Shown one piece after another: positions 44,814 to 57,143 of a DNA stretch of 64,000 bases (position 1 is the first letter of the stretch; the number at the start of each line of letters is the position of its first letter). The translations under genes were made by a program, and so were the position numbers. Below the pieces are notes generated by a model. That model had not been told where the DNA came from and made no database searches. It saw only the letters and a list, made by a program, of their open reading frames with translations. The stretch covers positions 2,868 to 66,867 of the forward strand of contig JAHFFT010000001.1 of the NCBI GenBank assembly GCA_023247795.1. Reading direction: 5' to 3'. Source of the DNA: Candidatus Omnitrophota bacterium (GTDB taxonomy: Bacteria; Omnitrophota; Gorgyraeia; Zapsychrales; JANLHA01).

Positions 44814-46093
44814 TCCCCTCCCTTATCACTTCGCGGCACTGATTTGGTCAAACTCAAACGGATATAGGCTTCTTCCTTTTCCCTAGAACCAAGCTGCCCA
44901 TCGATCTTTTTAGACAAGACCGCCTTAAGCAATCGCCCAATTCGCTGACCATCAACAACACCCATTTTTCTTAAATCATTCCCGGTCAAGGACGTCCTAA
45001 CCGCCGAAGACTTTCGCTGATAGAATTCCAACGCCCTCGTGGCCCTTTGACTATTTGTCCGCAACTGCAAATAAACAATCGCGGGCAAAGGAGAATTCCG
45101 CGCAAGTTCATACACGGCACTGGGTGACAACTGCAAGCTCTCAATCTTTCGAAGAACTTTTAAATAACCGTCAATGTTGAAAACACATTCGCCCGCTATT
45201 TTGGTCAACTGAAAATTTCTTGCTAATTCTTCACGCTGTTTCACATTGAGCTGTTCCGCAATCGCTAGCAAATAAAACAGCGTCGTTTCATCACTGTGGA
45301 TCGCCGTCTTCGGGCGTCCGCTTCGAATACGTCGGTACAAACCCGCAACAACCCCAAAATCCAAATCCTTCCCAAACAAAAAATCCGTGCCGCAAATCTT
45401 ACGCAGTCGCTTCAAGCAGGCCAGCGGGTCCTTTTCACATAACATCTTTTTGAACTCAACCGCGTTTCGTTGAGCGCTGACAGTCCGCAAGAACCCTTCC
45501 TTGACCGACCATTTTAGCAAAGAAAGCGTTCTTCGTTCAATCTGAAAATGCAGACGCTGTTCAAAACGGATAATCCGTAAAATGCGAGTCGCGTCGTCGC
45601 GGAAACTTTGATCATGAAGAATCCTAATTTTTTTTCCTTTCAAATCCGCATATCCCTGATAGGGATCGATCAATGTTCCCTTGTCTTGAGGATGGATCTG
45701 GGCTGCCATCGCATTGATCGTAAAATCCCGACGGAACAGATCTTCTTGCAAACCACCGGGTCGAACTTTTGGCAAGGCCCCTGGTGAGGCATACGTTTCC
45801 TTTCGCGTCATCGCGATATCAACACGCAAATCATTTGCAAACGTCAGGGTCGTTGTTTGAAATTGCGGATAAATTTTTAGTTTTCCATTTTTCTTAGCCG
45901 CCAAAAACGCCGCAACTTTGCATGAATCGCCCTCGATGGCCATGTCCACATCAATATTCGGCTGGTTTAGAAGCAAATCCCGCACGCACCCGCCGACCAA
46001 ATAGGCAGAATATCCCCTAGATTCAGCTTCACGGGCTGCATCCTCAATGATCTCGCGTTGTTTTTTTGAAAAATTTCTAAATGTGATCTTCAT
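44810..46093 (-). CDS. tRNA nucleotidyltransferase / poly(A) polymerase family protein (CCA-adding type)
   Basis: The head-domain motif YLVGGCVRDLLLNQPNIDVDMAI and RRDFTINA are present. CCA-adding and poly(A) polymerase activity cannot be told apart by eye. Confidence 0.75.
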   Translation of the reverse strand: MKITFRNFSKKQREIIEDAAREAESRGYSAYLVGGCVRDLLLNQPNIDVDMAIEGDSCKVAAFLAAKKNGKLKIYPQFQTTTLTFANDLRVDIAMTRKETYASPGALPKVRPGGLQEDLFRRDFTINAMAAQIHPQDKGTLIDPYQGYADLKGKKIRILHDQSFRDDATRILRIIRFEQRLHFQIERRTLSLLKWSVKEGFLRTVSAQRNAVEFKKMLCEKDPLACLKRLRKICGTDFLFGKDLDFGVVAGLYRRIRSGRPKTAIHSDETTLFYLLAIAEQLNVKQREELARNFQLTKIAGECVFNIDGYLKVLRKIESLQLSPSAVYELARNSPLPAIVYLQLRTNSQRATRALEFYQRKSSAVRTSLTGNDLRKMGVVDGQRIGRLLKAVLSKKIDGQLGSREKEEAYIRLSLTKSVPRSDKGGE

Positions 46094-46150
46094 TTCAATC
46101 TTAACCTGTTACCGTCATGGAGGACAAGTCCCTAAAGGGACCGCCCCCTC

Positions 46151-47038
46151 TCATCCTCGCGGATGAAACTGTTTATGCACGGCCTTCAAACGCTCCCGAT
46201 CCACATGCGTATAAATCTGTGTGGTTGAAATATCAGCATGACCGAGCATCTCCTGGACCGAACGCAGATCAGCCCCATGCTCTAAAAGATGTGTGGCAAA
46301 AGAATGTCGCAACGTATGCGGTTTGATCGATTTTTTGATATTGGCTTTACGGCCATAAGCCTTGATCAATTTCCAAATGCTTTGCCGGCTCAATTTCTTC
46401 CCCAGCCGGCTTAAAAAAACCTGCGGCTGCGCTTGCAACTTCACTGATTTCCGACGGGCCTGCTCAAAATACCGTTTGACCGCCTCCCTGGCACTTTTGC
46501 CGATCGGGATGATCCGTTCCTTACTGCCTTTGCCAACGCAACGGATATATCCCCCGTCCAAATTCACATTTTCAACCTTCAATTCCACGAGTTCCGAAAC
46601 CCGCATGCCGCTGGCATAAAACAATTCAAGGATGGCGAAATCCCGGACCTGTTGCGCCTTCCTTCCTTTCGCGGCATCGATGATCGCCTCAATTTCCTGA
46701 CCTGAGAGCACATCGGGTATGCGTTTCCAGGTCTTTGGCGTATCCAAAAGATTCGTGGGGTCTTCTTTGACCAATCGTTCCCTGACCAAAAAACGATGAA
46801 ACATCTTGGTCGCTGCCAAGCTGCGGCAGATTGAACCCGTCGACAATCCTTCTTCCTTCTGCGTAAAAATATATTTTGAAATCATTTCCCGATCAACCCG
46901 TTCCCAACGGCTCACTTTATGATGTTCCAGATAAGCCAGATATTTATTCAGGTCCCGATGGTAAGCCAACAAAGTGTTCTTGGCCAAACCTCGCTCAATT
47001 GACAAATGATTGATAAAATCGTCAATGAACTTCTCCAT
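46151..47038 (-). CDS. Tyrosine recombinase, XerC/XerD type
   Basis: N-terminal SAM-like domain, then catalytic residues in ASGMRVSEL, HTLRHSFATHLLEHGADLRSVQEMLGH and TTQIYTHV. Confidence 0.85.
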   Translation of the reverse strand: MEKFIDDFINHLSIERGLAKNTLLAYHRDLNKYLAYLEHHKVSRWERVDREMISKYIFTQKEEGLSTGSICRSLAATKMFHRFLVRERLVKEDPTNLLDTPKTWKRIPDVLSGQEIEAIIDAAKGRKAQQVRDFAILELFYASGMRVSELVELKVENVNLDGGYIRCVGKGSKERIIPIGKSAREAVKRYFEQARRKSVKLQAQPQVFLSRLGKKLSRQSIWKLIKAYGRKANIKKSIKPHTLRHSFATHLLEHGADLRSVQEMLGHADISTTQIYTHVDRERLKAVHKQFHPRG

Positions 47039-47047
47039 GGAACAATC

Positions 47048-49583
<2,536 letters not shown>

Positions 49584-49604
49584 TTACGGAAACTCCCGTA
49601 CCGC

Positions 49605-49874
49605 TCAAAAAACAATCTGAAAATCCCGACAGCTTTCTTTAACCTCCAACCAACTGACCGCTTTTTCTTTAATGCCCCTGTCAAAATGGTCGTCGATTTC
49701 CTGTATCAATTGTTCAATTTTTTCTTTGGAACCCTGCGTTCTGATCTCAACCCGGCCATCGGCCAAATTCTTCACCCATCCACAGATTTTGAGCGGTCTG
49801 GCGAGACTTTGGACCGTGTAACGAAAACCTACACCTTGAACTCGACCGGAATAGACAATGTGAGCTTCAATCAT
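49605..49874 (-). CDS. acyP: Acylphosphatase
   Basis: 89 aa. YSGRVQGVGFRY and GWVKNLADGRVE motifs. Confidence 0.85.
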   Translation of the reverse strand: MIEAHIVYSGRVQGVGFRYTVQSLARPLKICGWVKNLADGRVEIRTQGSKEKIEQLIQEIDDHFDRGIKEKAVSWLEVKESCRDFQIVF

Positions 49875-49891
49875 GCGGATCTAAAAAAGAT

Positions 49892-49968
49892 GGTCGGGAA
49901 GGTGGGATTTGAACCCACGACCTCAACGTCCCGAACGTTGCGCGCTAGCCAGCTGCGCTACTCCCCGA
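49892..49968 (-). tRNA. tRNA-Pro (anticodon CGG), CCA encoded
   Basis: The reverse complement folds as a cloverleaf. Acceptor CGGGGAG/CUUCCCG. D stem GCGC/GCGC. Anticodon stem CAACG/CGUUG with loop UUCGGGA. T arm GUGGG-UUCAAAU-CCCAC. ACCA tail. Confidence 0.95.
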
Positions 49969-50064
49969 ACACATAAACGACCATCGAAGTTAACAATAAA
50001 ATTTGAAGGGTCATTTTACCATCGACCGGCAGGCGCGTCAACATTACCCCATTTCTTTAAAGCG

Positions 50065-50092
50065 ACAAGTTTCAAGTCACAAGTCGCAAGCA
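50065..50092. repeat. Phased CAAGTNN heptad array (3' UTR of 50130..51188)
   Basis: CAAGT at 50065, 50072 and 50079, and CAAGC at 50086. This is the same 7-nt phasing as at 22455..22480. Confidence 0.7.
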
Positions 50093-50129
50093 ATACCTCT
50101 CCCGCAGAGGGGTACCTACGGATTCAGAA

Positions 50130-51188
50130 TCAACGCCGGATGTTAAGCTCGCAGTGGATCTGCTCCAAAGTACTGACAAGATCAAACTTTTGCTGCCACT
50201 GCGGATAATGCGACTGAAACTTGGCTAATCGGGTTATGTACCAGATATGGTCCCCGCTTCGCGGCTGATCCAAATACTTAGTTTTTAACTTTTTACCGCA
50301 AATTTTTTCACACAGTGACGCAGCCTCGATCAATGAACAATTGTTTTTCCGACCGCCGCCGATGTTATAAACCTCCCCCGGCCGTGGGTCCTGAAAATAA
50401 TAATAAAAGGCATTCACCAAATCCCTGCTGTGGATATTGTCACGGACCTGTTTGCCCTGATATCCATAGATCGTATACGTTTCTCCAGACAAACAGCATT
50501 TCATCATATAGGATAAAAACCCATGCAACATGGCCCCGCTGTGTTTGGGGCCGGTCAAGCATCCTCCTCGAAACGATACGGTCTTCATCCCAAAATAACG
50601 GCTATATTCCTGCACCAAAATATCGGCTGCCACCTTCGAGGCCCCGAATAAAGAATGCTTGGAAAAATCAATGCTCATTTCTTCATCGATCCCGGAAAAA
50701 TAAGAATGCTTCGTGGGAAGTTCCCAACGTGTCGCCTGTTCCTCAAACGGTAAAGAATTGGGCCGGTCGCCGTAAACTTTATTCGTACTGGTAAAAATGA
50801 ATACCGCCTGTGGACAATACCGTCGGGATAACTCCAAAAGGTTCAACGTCCCATTGGCGTTGATGCTAAAATCGGTCAAGGGCTCTTTAGCCGCCCAGTC
50901 ATGCGACGGTTGGGCCGCGGCATGGATGATCAGTTGGATGCCTTTTTTAAATTTCTGAAAAATTTTTTCACACGCGCCGAACTCACGGATATCCACATCA
51001 CAATGCCGGTAAGACTTGATATGCTTCTTTAAACGGTCACGGTTCCATCGGGTTGACGCGCTTGGACCAAAGAAATACTTCCGGGCGTCATTATCAATCC
51101 CGACAACATCAAAACCCTTTTTCGAAAAAAATTCAACCGCTTCCGAGCCAATGAGCCCAGCTGAACCGGTGATCAACACGATAGCCAT
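50130..51188 (-). CDS. Extended SDR, NAD-dependent sugar epimerase/dehydratase family (CDP-paratose/tyvelose 2-epimerase-like)
   Basis: [10 protein letters not shown] Rossmann motif, TSTNKVYGD, and [11 protein letters not shown] in the YxxxK position. Confidence 0.8.
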   Translation of the reverse strand: MAIVLITGSAGLIGSEAVEFFSKKGFDVVGIDNDARKYFFGPSASTRWNRDRLKKHIKSYRHCDVDIREFGACEKIFQKFKKGIQLIIHAAAQPSHDWAAKEPLTDFSINANGTLNLLELSRRYCPQAVFIFTSTNKVYGDRPNSLPFEEQATRWELPTKHSYFSGIDEEMSIDFSKHSLFGASKVAADILVQEYSRYFGMKTVSFRGGCLTGPKHSGAMLHGFLSYMMKCCLSGETYTIYGYQGKQVRDNIHSRDLVNAFYYYFQDPRPGEVYNIGGGRKNNCSLIEAASLCEKICGKKLKTKYLDQPRSGDHIWYITRLAKFQSHYPQWQQKFDLVSTLEQIHCELNIRR

Positions 51189-51302
51189 TCATCTCCTCCT
51201 ATGACTTCTCCATTTTAATATAAAATCTCGGAATCAAAAACATTTCGTCAAATAATATGAAAGTTGTTGGGCGCGCTACGGTCATCGTGTTATAATTTTT
51301 TC

Positions 51303-52175
51303 ATGAAAAAAATCCCTGATCTTTTCAAACAAAAAGATCGCACCTATTCTTTTGAACTTTTCCCACCGAAGACCGACGTCGGATATCAAAATCTGCTTAA
51401 GACGATCTCTGCGCTCGCTCTTTTGAAACCGGATTTTTTTACCTGCACCTACGGGGCCGGCGGTGGCAATCGGGATAGGACCTTTGATATTGTTCAACAC
51501 ATCCAAACCAATCATCATTTCCCGACGGTGGCACATCTGACCTGCGTTTTGCACACCAAAGACGAAATAAAAAATATTTTAACCAACATTCAACATCGCG
51601 GCATCGTCAATGTTCTAGCCTTGCGGGGCGATCCGCCACAAACTCATCCTGATTGGAAACCAGGGGCCGAGAACTTTCATTACAGCAGCGAGCTCTGCGC
51701 TTTTATCCGTAAACATTTTGGCCAAAATTTCGGCATTGGGGTCGCCGGGTTTCCGGAAGGGCACCTGCTTTGCCCGGACCGCGATCTGGACGCCAAATAT
51801 CTCAAACTTAAAATGGAAAGCGGCGCTGACTTCATCATCACGCAGCTTTTTTTCAATAATCAAGACTATTTCGATTATGTCAAACGACTGCGAGTATTGG
51901 GCGTGACACAACGCGTGATCCCCGGGATCCTGCCGATCACCGATTATCCAGCTCTTTTGCGATTCACGAAAATGTGCGGAGCCACAGTGACCCCTGAAGT
52001 CAAGGAAATCTTTGAACCCATCCAAGATGATAAGGAAAAAACGCTGCAGACGGGAATTGACTTCGCGATTCGACAATGCCGAACCTTATTAGCCGGCGGA
52101 GCTCCGGGCCTGCATTTTTACACCCTCAACAAAACTCACCCCGTTGACGTGATCCTCAAAGAAGCTCGTTGTTAA
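51303..52175 (+). CDS. metF: 5,10-methylenetetrahydrofolate reductase
   Basis: SFELFPPKT, FTCTYGAGG, LALRGDPP and ITQLFF motifs. The ATG at 51303 is preferred over the TTG at 51264. Confidence 0.9.
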   Translation: MKKIPDLFKQKDRTYSFELFPPKTDVGYQNLLKTISALALLKPDFFTCTYGAGGGNRDRTFDIVQHIQTNHHFPTVAHLTCVLHTKDEIKNILTNIQHRGIVNVLALRGDPPQTHPDWKPGAENFHYSSELCAFIRKHFGQNFGIGVAGFPEGHLLCPDRDLDAKYLKLKMESGADFIITQLFFNNQDYFDYVKRLRVLGVTQRVIPGILPITDYPALLRFTKMCGATVTPEVKEIFEPIQDDKEKTLQTGIDFAIRQCRTLLAGGAPGLHFYTLNKTHPVDVILKEARC

Positions 52176-53713
52176 AACAACTGCATCTGATCTTCCGTCT
52201 TAACTTTCTTACGCCGGACAGATATCTTTTCATAACTTTTAAGATCTTCTTCAATATCACGCAGAAAAGGCGTTGGCCGACTTTGATGAGTTTGACCGAA
52301 AAGTTGACGCTGTTTAGCGTGCAATAAATAAAGTTGTTCCTTGGCCCGTGTCATACCAACGTAAAGCAGCCGACGCTCTTCTTCTTTATTGGACGAAAGA
52401 CCCGCTAAATCAAGCGGCAGCAATTTCTCTTCACAGCCGACGATAAAGACAACCGGAAATTCCAATCCCTTGGCCGCGTGCAATGTCATCAAACTCACCC
52501 GTTCATGATCAAAGACCACATCAATCTCCCGAGTTGGACAAACTTCGTCATCGTCTTCGCTCTTCGGTTCATTCACCTGATAAGGGATCCCACTGCGCTC
52601 AAAGGCCTGTTTCAAGGCATGACGCTGGCTATTGAGCCGGTACAGAACAGCAACATCACCAAAGCTGCGGTCGGCCATTTGATCCGCCGCGACCCGCGAC
52701 GAGTCGTACGAAAACAAGCTAGTCCCTCCGACCATTTTTTCCACTTCATGCACCACATATTCCGCCTCTGCCTTTTCCGTCGGGCAGGAATGGATGGTCA
52801 AACGGCCTTGCTGATAAATCTGTGCCGTGATTTTAGCGACCTGGGCATGACCCGACGAGCCGATCATCTGCGATGAGGCTGATAATAAATTTTGCGCGTT
52901 GCGGTAATTCTCCGTCAAGGACATGACCTCCGCCGGCACGAAATCCTGGCTAAAGCTGGAAAAATATTTCACCTCAGAACCACGAAAGCCATAAATGGCC
53001 TGGTTCGGATCGCCGATCGCGGTCAAATGGTTATCGTGTCCGACAACGCATTTTAAAAGTTCATGTTGGATCCGATTGATGTCTTGATATTCATCAACGC
53101 AAATGAACCGATAACATCCCTTTATATCGTCGAGAGTTTTGCGGTTTTTCAAAAATAACCGGTAGGTCTCTAACAACAAATCGTCGAAATCCAACCAGCG
53201 CAGTTCGCGCAGCCGCTGATCATATTCTTTCAAAACTTCCGGTGCCGCCCCGTCAAATTCGGTCGATTTCCACTGCGAGATCTGTTCGAGCCGTTCCTTC
53301 CGCTCTTTGGGTTTGAGCCGCGGCCAAAGGGTCTTGGCCAGAGCAACACGGTCTTCTTGACCAGCCACTTTAAAATCTTCTGCCAACCCTGAATGTTTTC
53401 CGTATTGCTGCAAAACCTGCAGGCACCATTGATGAAACGTCCCCATCACAATCTGCTCCCGAAATTGTGGCCAACGTTTTGCCACACGGCTAGCCATGTT
53501 ATCGGCAGCTTTATGGGTAAAAGTAACGGCTAAAATCTTTTGATGGGATTCCAATTCTTGGGCGAGGAAAGCCATGCGGTAAGTTAAGGTATGGGTCTTT
53601 CCCGTACCCGGACCGGCCACAATCAACAAATGATTTTTGGGGTGGGTGATGGCCTGCCATTGTGCGGCATTCACATCATCGGGCTTTTGCATAGGGGAGA
53701 CAGGGATTGTCAA
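52172..53713 (-). CDS. UvrD/Rep-family SF1 helicase (short, 513 aa)
   Basis: AGPGTGKTHT (I), VDEYQDIN (II), GDPNQAIYGFRG (III), ENYRN (IV), TLHAAKGLEFPVVF (V) and LLYVGMTRAKEQL (VI). Confidence 0.85.
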   Translation of the reverse strand: MTIPVSPMQKPDDVNAAQWQAITHPKNHLLIVAGPGTGKTHTLTYRMAFLAQELESHQKILAVTFTHKAADNMASRVAKRWPQFREQIVMGTFHQWCLQVLQQYGKHSGLAEDFKVAGQEDRVALAKTLWPRLKPKERKERLEQISQWKSTEFDGAAPEVLKEYDQRLRELRWLDFDDLLLETYRLFLKNRKTLDDIKGCYRFICVDEYQDINRIQHELLKCVVGHDNHLTAIGDPNQAIYGFRGSEVKYFSSFSQDFVPAEVMSLTENYRNAQNLLSASSQMIGSSGHAQVAKITAQIYQQGRLTIHSCPTEKAEAEYVVHEVEKMVGGTSLFSYDSSRVAADQMADRSFGDVAVLYRLNSQRHALKQAFERSGIPYQVNEPKSEDDDEVCPTREIDVVFDHERVSLMTLHAAKGLEFPVVFIVGCEEKLLPLDLAGLSSNKEEERRLLYVGMTRAKEQLYLLHAKQRQLFGQTHQSRPTPFLRDIEEDLKSYEKISVRRKKVKTEDQMQLF

Positions 53714-54996
53714 AACAAGACGAGCTGTTCTTTCGCGGTTTCGCGTTCTTGCGGTTGATAAATCTTGATCACACCATATTCGCCGTCGTACCCAGGTTCA
53801 ATATTGACTTTACCTTCGCGCACACGGCGGATCCCTTCCGCTAAAATCGATCCGGCCATTGCCTTGATTTCAGCAAGCGAGGCTTCCCGCAAAATGTACA
53901 TCTCACTGCCCATTTTTGCTAACAGCTCCCTATAGACGCGCTGAACACCTTGCGCGTTCTGTCCCATGCCTTTGGCGTCGGCAATGATCTCTGGCAATGG
54001 AATCAAACTGGTATACGGCCGCCAGCGAGGAGATTTGCGTCCCTCAGGATGGTCAGCCAATTCTTCCACACGGTGCATGACCCCGATCGTGACCGGCTTG
54101 CCCGTTTGCGGATCTAATCCCTTATGCTTGATCGTTTCCTGAGGATGAAGGCGCAAATTTTGGCTGCGTAATCCGTCATAATGGTATTTTCCCTCTTCGG
54201 GAAAAAACTCAACCGTTCCCACGAGACCCTTATTTTGAGGGTCCTTCAGGGCCTGATAAATACCCGAATAAGAAAATTCTGTATCATAAATGGTGGATTC
54301 TCGACCAAGTTTTTGCGGCGAATGCGCATCCGAATGGGAAACCAACGCGTAAGGATCTAACTGACTCAATCGCCAGTTCATCAAAGGGTCCGACGACAAT
54401 CCGGTTTCAACCGCGAAAATATGCGGGCTAAGATCAGCGAAGCAATCGGTCATCTTATCAAAGCCGCTCTTGGAACCCAGCGCTGAGAACCAGGGCGTCC
54501 AGATGTGCGCCGGGATCAGATAACTCATGGGGTCGGATTCCAAGACAATCTCCAAAAGGTCACGGGAATCCAAACCTAAAATCGGCCGCCCGTCGGAAGA
54601 GATGTTGCCGATGGCCCCCAATCGACTTTGGATCTTTTCCGCGGCCTTAAAATCAGGAGCCAAAACCACGTTATGGACCTTGCGGACCTTATCCAGCCTT
54701 TTATAAATGTTTGAAATCTCGACGGTGAGCATGAAGCGCACCTCGCCTTGACAGGCCTTGGGGAGTTCCTTCTGAATTTTTTTTGTGTAAGCACTTTTGA
54801 GTTTGAAAAAACCTTCCTCTGCCGGTTCGAGCTTTTCTTTCAATTCTTTCATCCATCCGGGATGGGCAAAGTCGCCGGTACCGACGACCTGGATCCCCTT
54901 CAACTGCGCCCAGAGGAATAAGTATTCCAGATTGAGATTTTTGCTCGTCGCACGGGAAAAATGGGAATGGATATGAAGATCGGCGTAATAACGCAT
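53710..54996 (-). CDS. PHP-domain protein, endonuclease Q-like
   Basis: MRYYADLHIHSHFSRATSK N-terminal PHP metal-binding motif. SHSDAHS later in the sequence. ~430 aa. 4-nt overlap with the downstream helicase gene. Confidence 0.65.
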   Translation of the reverse strand: MRYYADLHIHSHFSRATSKNLNLEYLFLWAQLKGIQVVGTGDFAHPGWMKELKEKLEPAEEGFFKLKSAYTKKIQKELPKACQGEVRFMLTVEISNIYKRLDKVRKVHNVVLAPDFKAAEKIQSRLGAIGNISSDGRPILGLDSRDLLEIVLESDPMSYLIPAHIWTPWFSALGSKSGFDKMTDCFADLSPHIFAVETGLSSDPLMNWRLSQLDPYALVSHSDAHSPQKLGRESTIYDTEFSYSGIYQALKDPQNKGLVGTVEFFPEEGKYHYDGLRSQNLRLHPQETIKHKGLDPQTGKPVTIGVMHRVEELADHPEGRKSPRWRPYTSLIPLPEIIADAKGMGQNAQGVQRVYRELLAKMGSEMYILREASLAEIKAMAGSILAEGIRRVREGKVNIEPGYDGEYGVIKIYQPQERETAKEQLVLF

Positions 54997-55087
54997 GTTT
55001 TTATGGATGGATTTTGATTTGTCCTGATCCTAACAGATTAAAGGTGATATTGCAATAACCTTATTCTGACCTGCGGGGTCTACTGCG

Positions 55088-56257
55088 CTAATGATAGTAT
55101 TGGGAAAAGAGATAAAAATTGCGGCCGATAGCGATGAGTAGAAAAATGACGATATTGATAACGAAGAAATCATAGACCGGCTTCCAAGGCTTCAAACCTT
55201 CGATCGATTTGAGAATGAAATAAAAGACGAGTGGCGAGAGAAAAAGCGTCAGACGCTCACCGGTAAACGGATACTTTTTAATGATTGACAAGATAAACAA
55301 TTCGCATAATAAAAAGGCTCCGATGACCCCTGCCGTTTGGACCTTGAACTTCTCTCTTACCATCGCGACTAGCCCAAACCTAACCAGGCCATAAAGAAAA
55401 AATGGGATCAAAAAACTGCTCCATTGAATAAATACTTTTTCTTTCCCATACCAAGTCGTAGCTAGCCGGCGCAGACCTTCCCAGAAACTTTCCATAAAGC
55501 AGCCAAAGGAATGCGTGCAGATAAAATAAGATTCCCAATATTCGATCAGCGGTTGATGGGTGGTCGAATATCGCAAATCGGTCAAATAAACAAAAACAAC
55601 AACCAGCCCGGTTAACAAGAAAAAAATTACGGCGGGCTGATCCAGCTTTGGGGACAGTCCCTTAAGGGACTGTCCCCCACCACGGATGATTTCTGCTAAA
55701 AAATTCAAAATCAGAATACCCATAAAAAAAATAGCGGCATAAGAAAACAGCAAGCAGAACGGCAGCAACCAAAAGAAATACCTTGGCTGTTTTCCGCCTA
55801 AAAGATAAAATGTAAAAATCCCAGCAACGAGAACATCCATACTGTACGGCTTAAATTCTGCAGCATAATAACCAAAAAAATAACTTCCCCCCATCATCGT
55901 CAGTGCCAAAGCATAACTGGTCTTGTCGATGAAAACCTGTCGAAAAATTTTCTGCCAGACCCAAAAAGCCAAAATCATCGCGACGAGTGGAAATAAACGC
56001 AAAACCGGAACCGGATAACCAAACGGCTGGCTGACCGCTTTGATCAACATGAGATAAACCCGCGGGAAGGCTTGGGAATGGTCCAACAGCCCTAAAAGCC
56101 CCGAATAAGAAAACCTTTGGATATTATCGAGAAGAAAAAGTTCATCCATCCATAAGGGACGAGCTGAAAAATAATGCAAAAGTGCCAATGCAAGAAACAG
56201 CGTCCAGCTGCCGATATCAATCCATCTTAGAGAAAGCCTCTGAGAGAATCTAACCAT
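55088..56257 (-). CDS. Polytopic membrane protein (possible GT-C-fold glycosyltransferase)
   Basis: About 11 hydrophobic segments. An acidic first-loop motif PLWMDELF resembles the GT-C DE/DD motifs. No other motif recognised. Confidence 0.4.
   Translation of the reverse strand: MVRFSQRLSLRWIDIGSWTLFLALALLHYFSARPLWMDELFLLDNIQRFSYSGLLGLLDHSQAFPRVYLMLIKAVSQPFGYPVPVLRLFPLVAMILAFWVWQKIFRQVFIDKTSYALALTMMGGSYFFGYYAAEFKPYSMDVLVAGIFTFYLLGGKQPRYFFWLLPFCLLFSYAAIFFMGILILNFLAEIIRGGGQSLKGLSPKLDQPAVIFFLLTGLVVVFVYLTDLRYSTTHQPLIEYWESYFICTHSFGCFMESFWEGLRRLATTWYGKEKVFIQWSSFLIPFFLYGLVRFGLVAMVREKFKVQTAGVIGAFLLCELFILSIIKKYPFTGERLTLFLSPLVFYFILKSIEGLKPWKPVYDFFVINIVIFLLIAIGRNFYLFSQYYH
55650..55677. repeat. Perfect 28-bp palindrome inside a coding sequence
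   Basis: GGGGACAGTCCCTTAAGGGACTGTCCCC is its own reverse complement and encodes GGQSLKGLSP within 55088..56257. A related GTCCCTAAAGGGAC lies at 46128..46141. Confidence 0.85.
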
Positions 56258-56301
56258 GCCCCTATGATGGATAAAAAATTTTTATTTTTCAAGCGGAATA
56301 T

Positions 56302-56335
56302 AAAAAACAACCCCGGGAGTTAAACCCCCGGGGTT
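56302..56335 (-). terminator. Intrinsic terminator after 56368..57024
   Basis: Minus-strand RNA is AACCCCGGGGGUUUAACUCCCGGGGUU followed by GUUUUUU. Confidence 0.8.
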
Positions 56336-56367
56336 GAAGCCAAAGGCGAACTTCGCCTTGAGCGAGG

Positions 56368-57024
56368 TTACTTCTTTGCAAAATACTTGGCTGCTTTATC
56401 TTTGCCGCCTAGCCCATAAGCCAGGGCAAGAGCAAGCACCACACCGCCAAAAAGAATATAGAACGGGGTGCCGACAAAGATCTCGCCGAACCCAAGTTCG
56501 ATGACCGTTACCTTGATGGCATAGATCGTAATGGCCCATCGAGTTACGCGTTCATAGATCTTTGGCTTGGGAAAACCGACGTGCGTGGTGATGACATAAA
56601 TGACGCTTGCAACCACCTTCGCTATGATTAAGCCCAACGCCAAAGCTAATACGGCTGCGACAACCTGCGGCAAATAAGCCACAGTGCCAGAGATCATGCC
56701 GCCCGACATCGTCACTCCGAGGTGATCAACCGTCATCAAAACAAAGATGACCATAACCACCAAGTGGACCAATGAAGCAACCAGATCACTGAATTTATGC
56801 TTTACCCCACCTTTATGAAGAGCCCCTGACAAGCCAATCTTGTCAGAAAGAATGTCAAACTTGAGCTCTGTCAATAATCGGTGAAAGATAACGCGCAGCA
56901 CTTTAGCCACAAAAATACCGACTAATAGAATTATTAGTGCGCTGACCAAAGTGGGGACGTAACTCGCTACCTTATAGACCATGTCTCGAAACGGTGACAG
57001 TAATAAAGTATCGATTGTAGTCAT
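56368..57024 (-). CDS. Small integral membrane protein with MscS-N-terminal-like conserved TM helices
   Basis: ATG 57024 is preceded by AAAGGAGGGG. The ORF-track start at 57081 would lie inside the leader terminator. LVSALIILLVGIFVAKVLRVIFHRLL resembles the conserved TM helix of mechanosensitive-channel N-termini. No MscS beta-domain is present. Confidence 0.6.
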   Translation of the reverse strand: MTTIDTLLLSPFRDMVYKVASYVPTLVSALIILLVGIFVAKVLRVIFHRLLTELKFDILSDKIGLSGALHKGGVKHKFSDLVASLVHLVVMVIFVLMTVDHLGVTMSGGMISGTVAYLPQVVAAVLALALGLIIAKVVASVIYVITTHVGFPKPKIYERVTRWAITIYAIKVTVIELGFGEIFVGTPFYILFGGVVLALALAYGLGGKDKAAKYFAKK

Positions 57025-57078
57025 TTTAATCCCCTCCTTTCTTTTAACCATTGCTGCCTGCATCATCAGCTGTCGTAA

Positions 57079-57112
57079 CAAAAAAGGCCCAGACTTTGAA
57101 TCGATCTGGACC
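57079..57112 (-). terminator. Intrinsic terminator (riboswitch expression platform)
   Basis: Minus-strand RNA is GGUCCAGA-UCGAUUCAAAG-UCUGGGCC followed by UUUUUUG. It lies upstream of the SD/ATG at 57024. Confidence 0.8.
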
Positions 57113-57143
57113 TTAGATATGCGTAAAATCAGTTGGACTGCTA

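Noticed and set aside
46151-47038. Tyrosine recombinase as the integrase of a mobile element, possibly responsible for the 57-60 kb repeat array
   Set aside because: It has XerC/XerD-type sequence, sits among core genes (ligA, cca-family, rbfA) and has no flanking repeats. It lies more than 10 kb from the array, so the link is unsupported.
51288-51305. Leaderless metF transcript (extended -10 TGTTATAAT ending 7 nt before ATG 51303)
   Set aside because: The geometry is suggestive, but it rests on one hexamer with no -35 element. The alternative upstream TTG start at 51264 cannot be excluded without transcript mapping.
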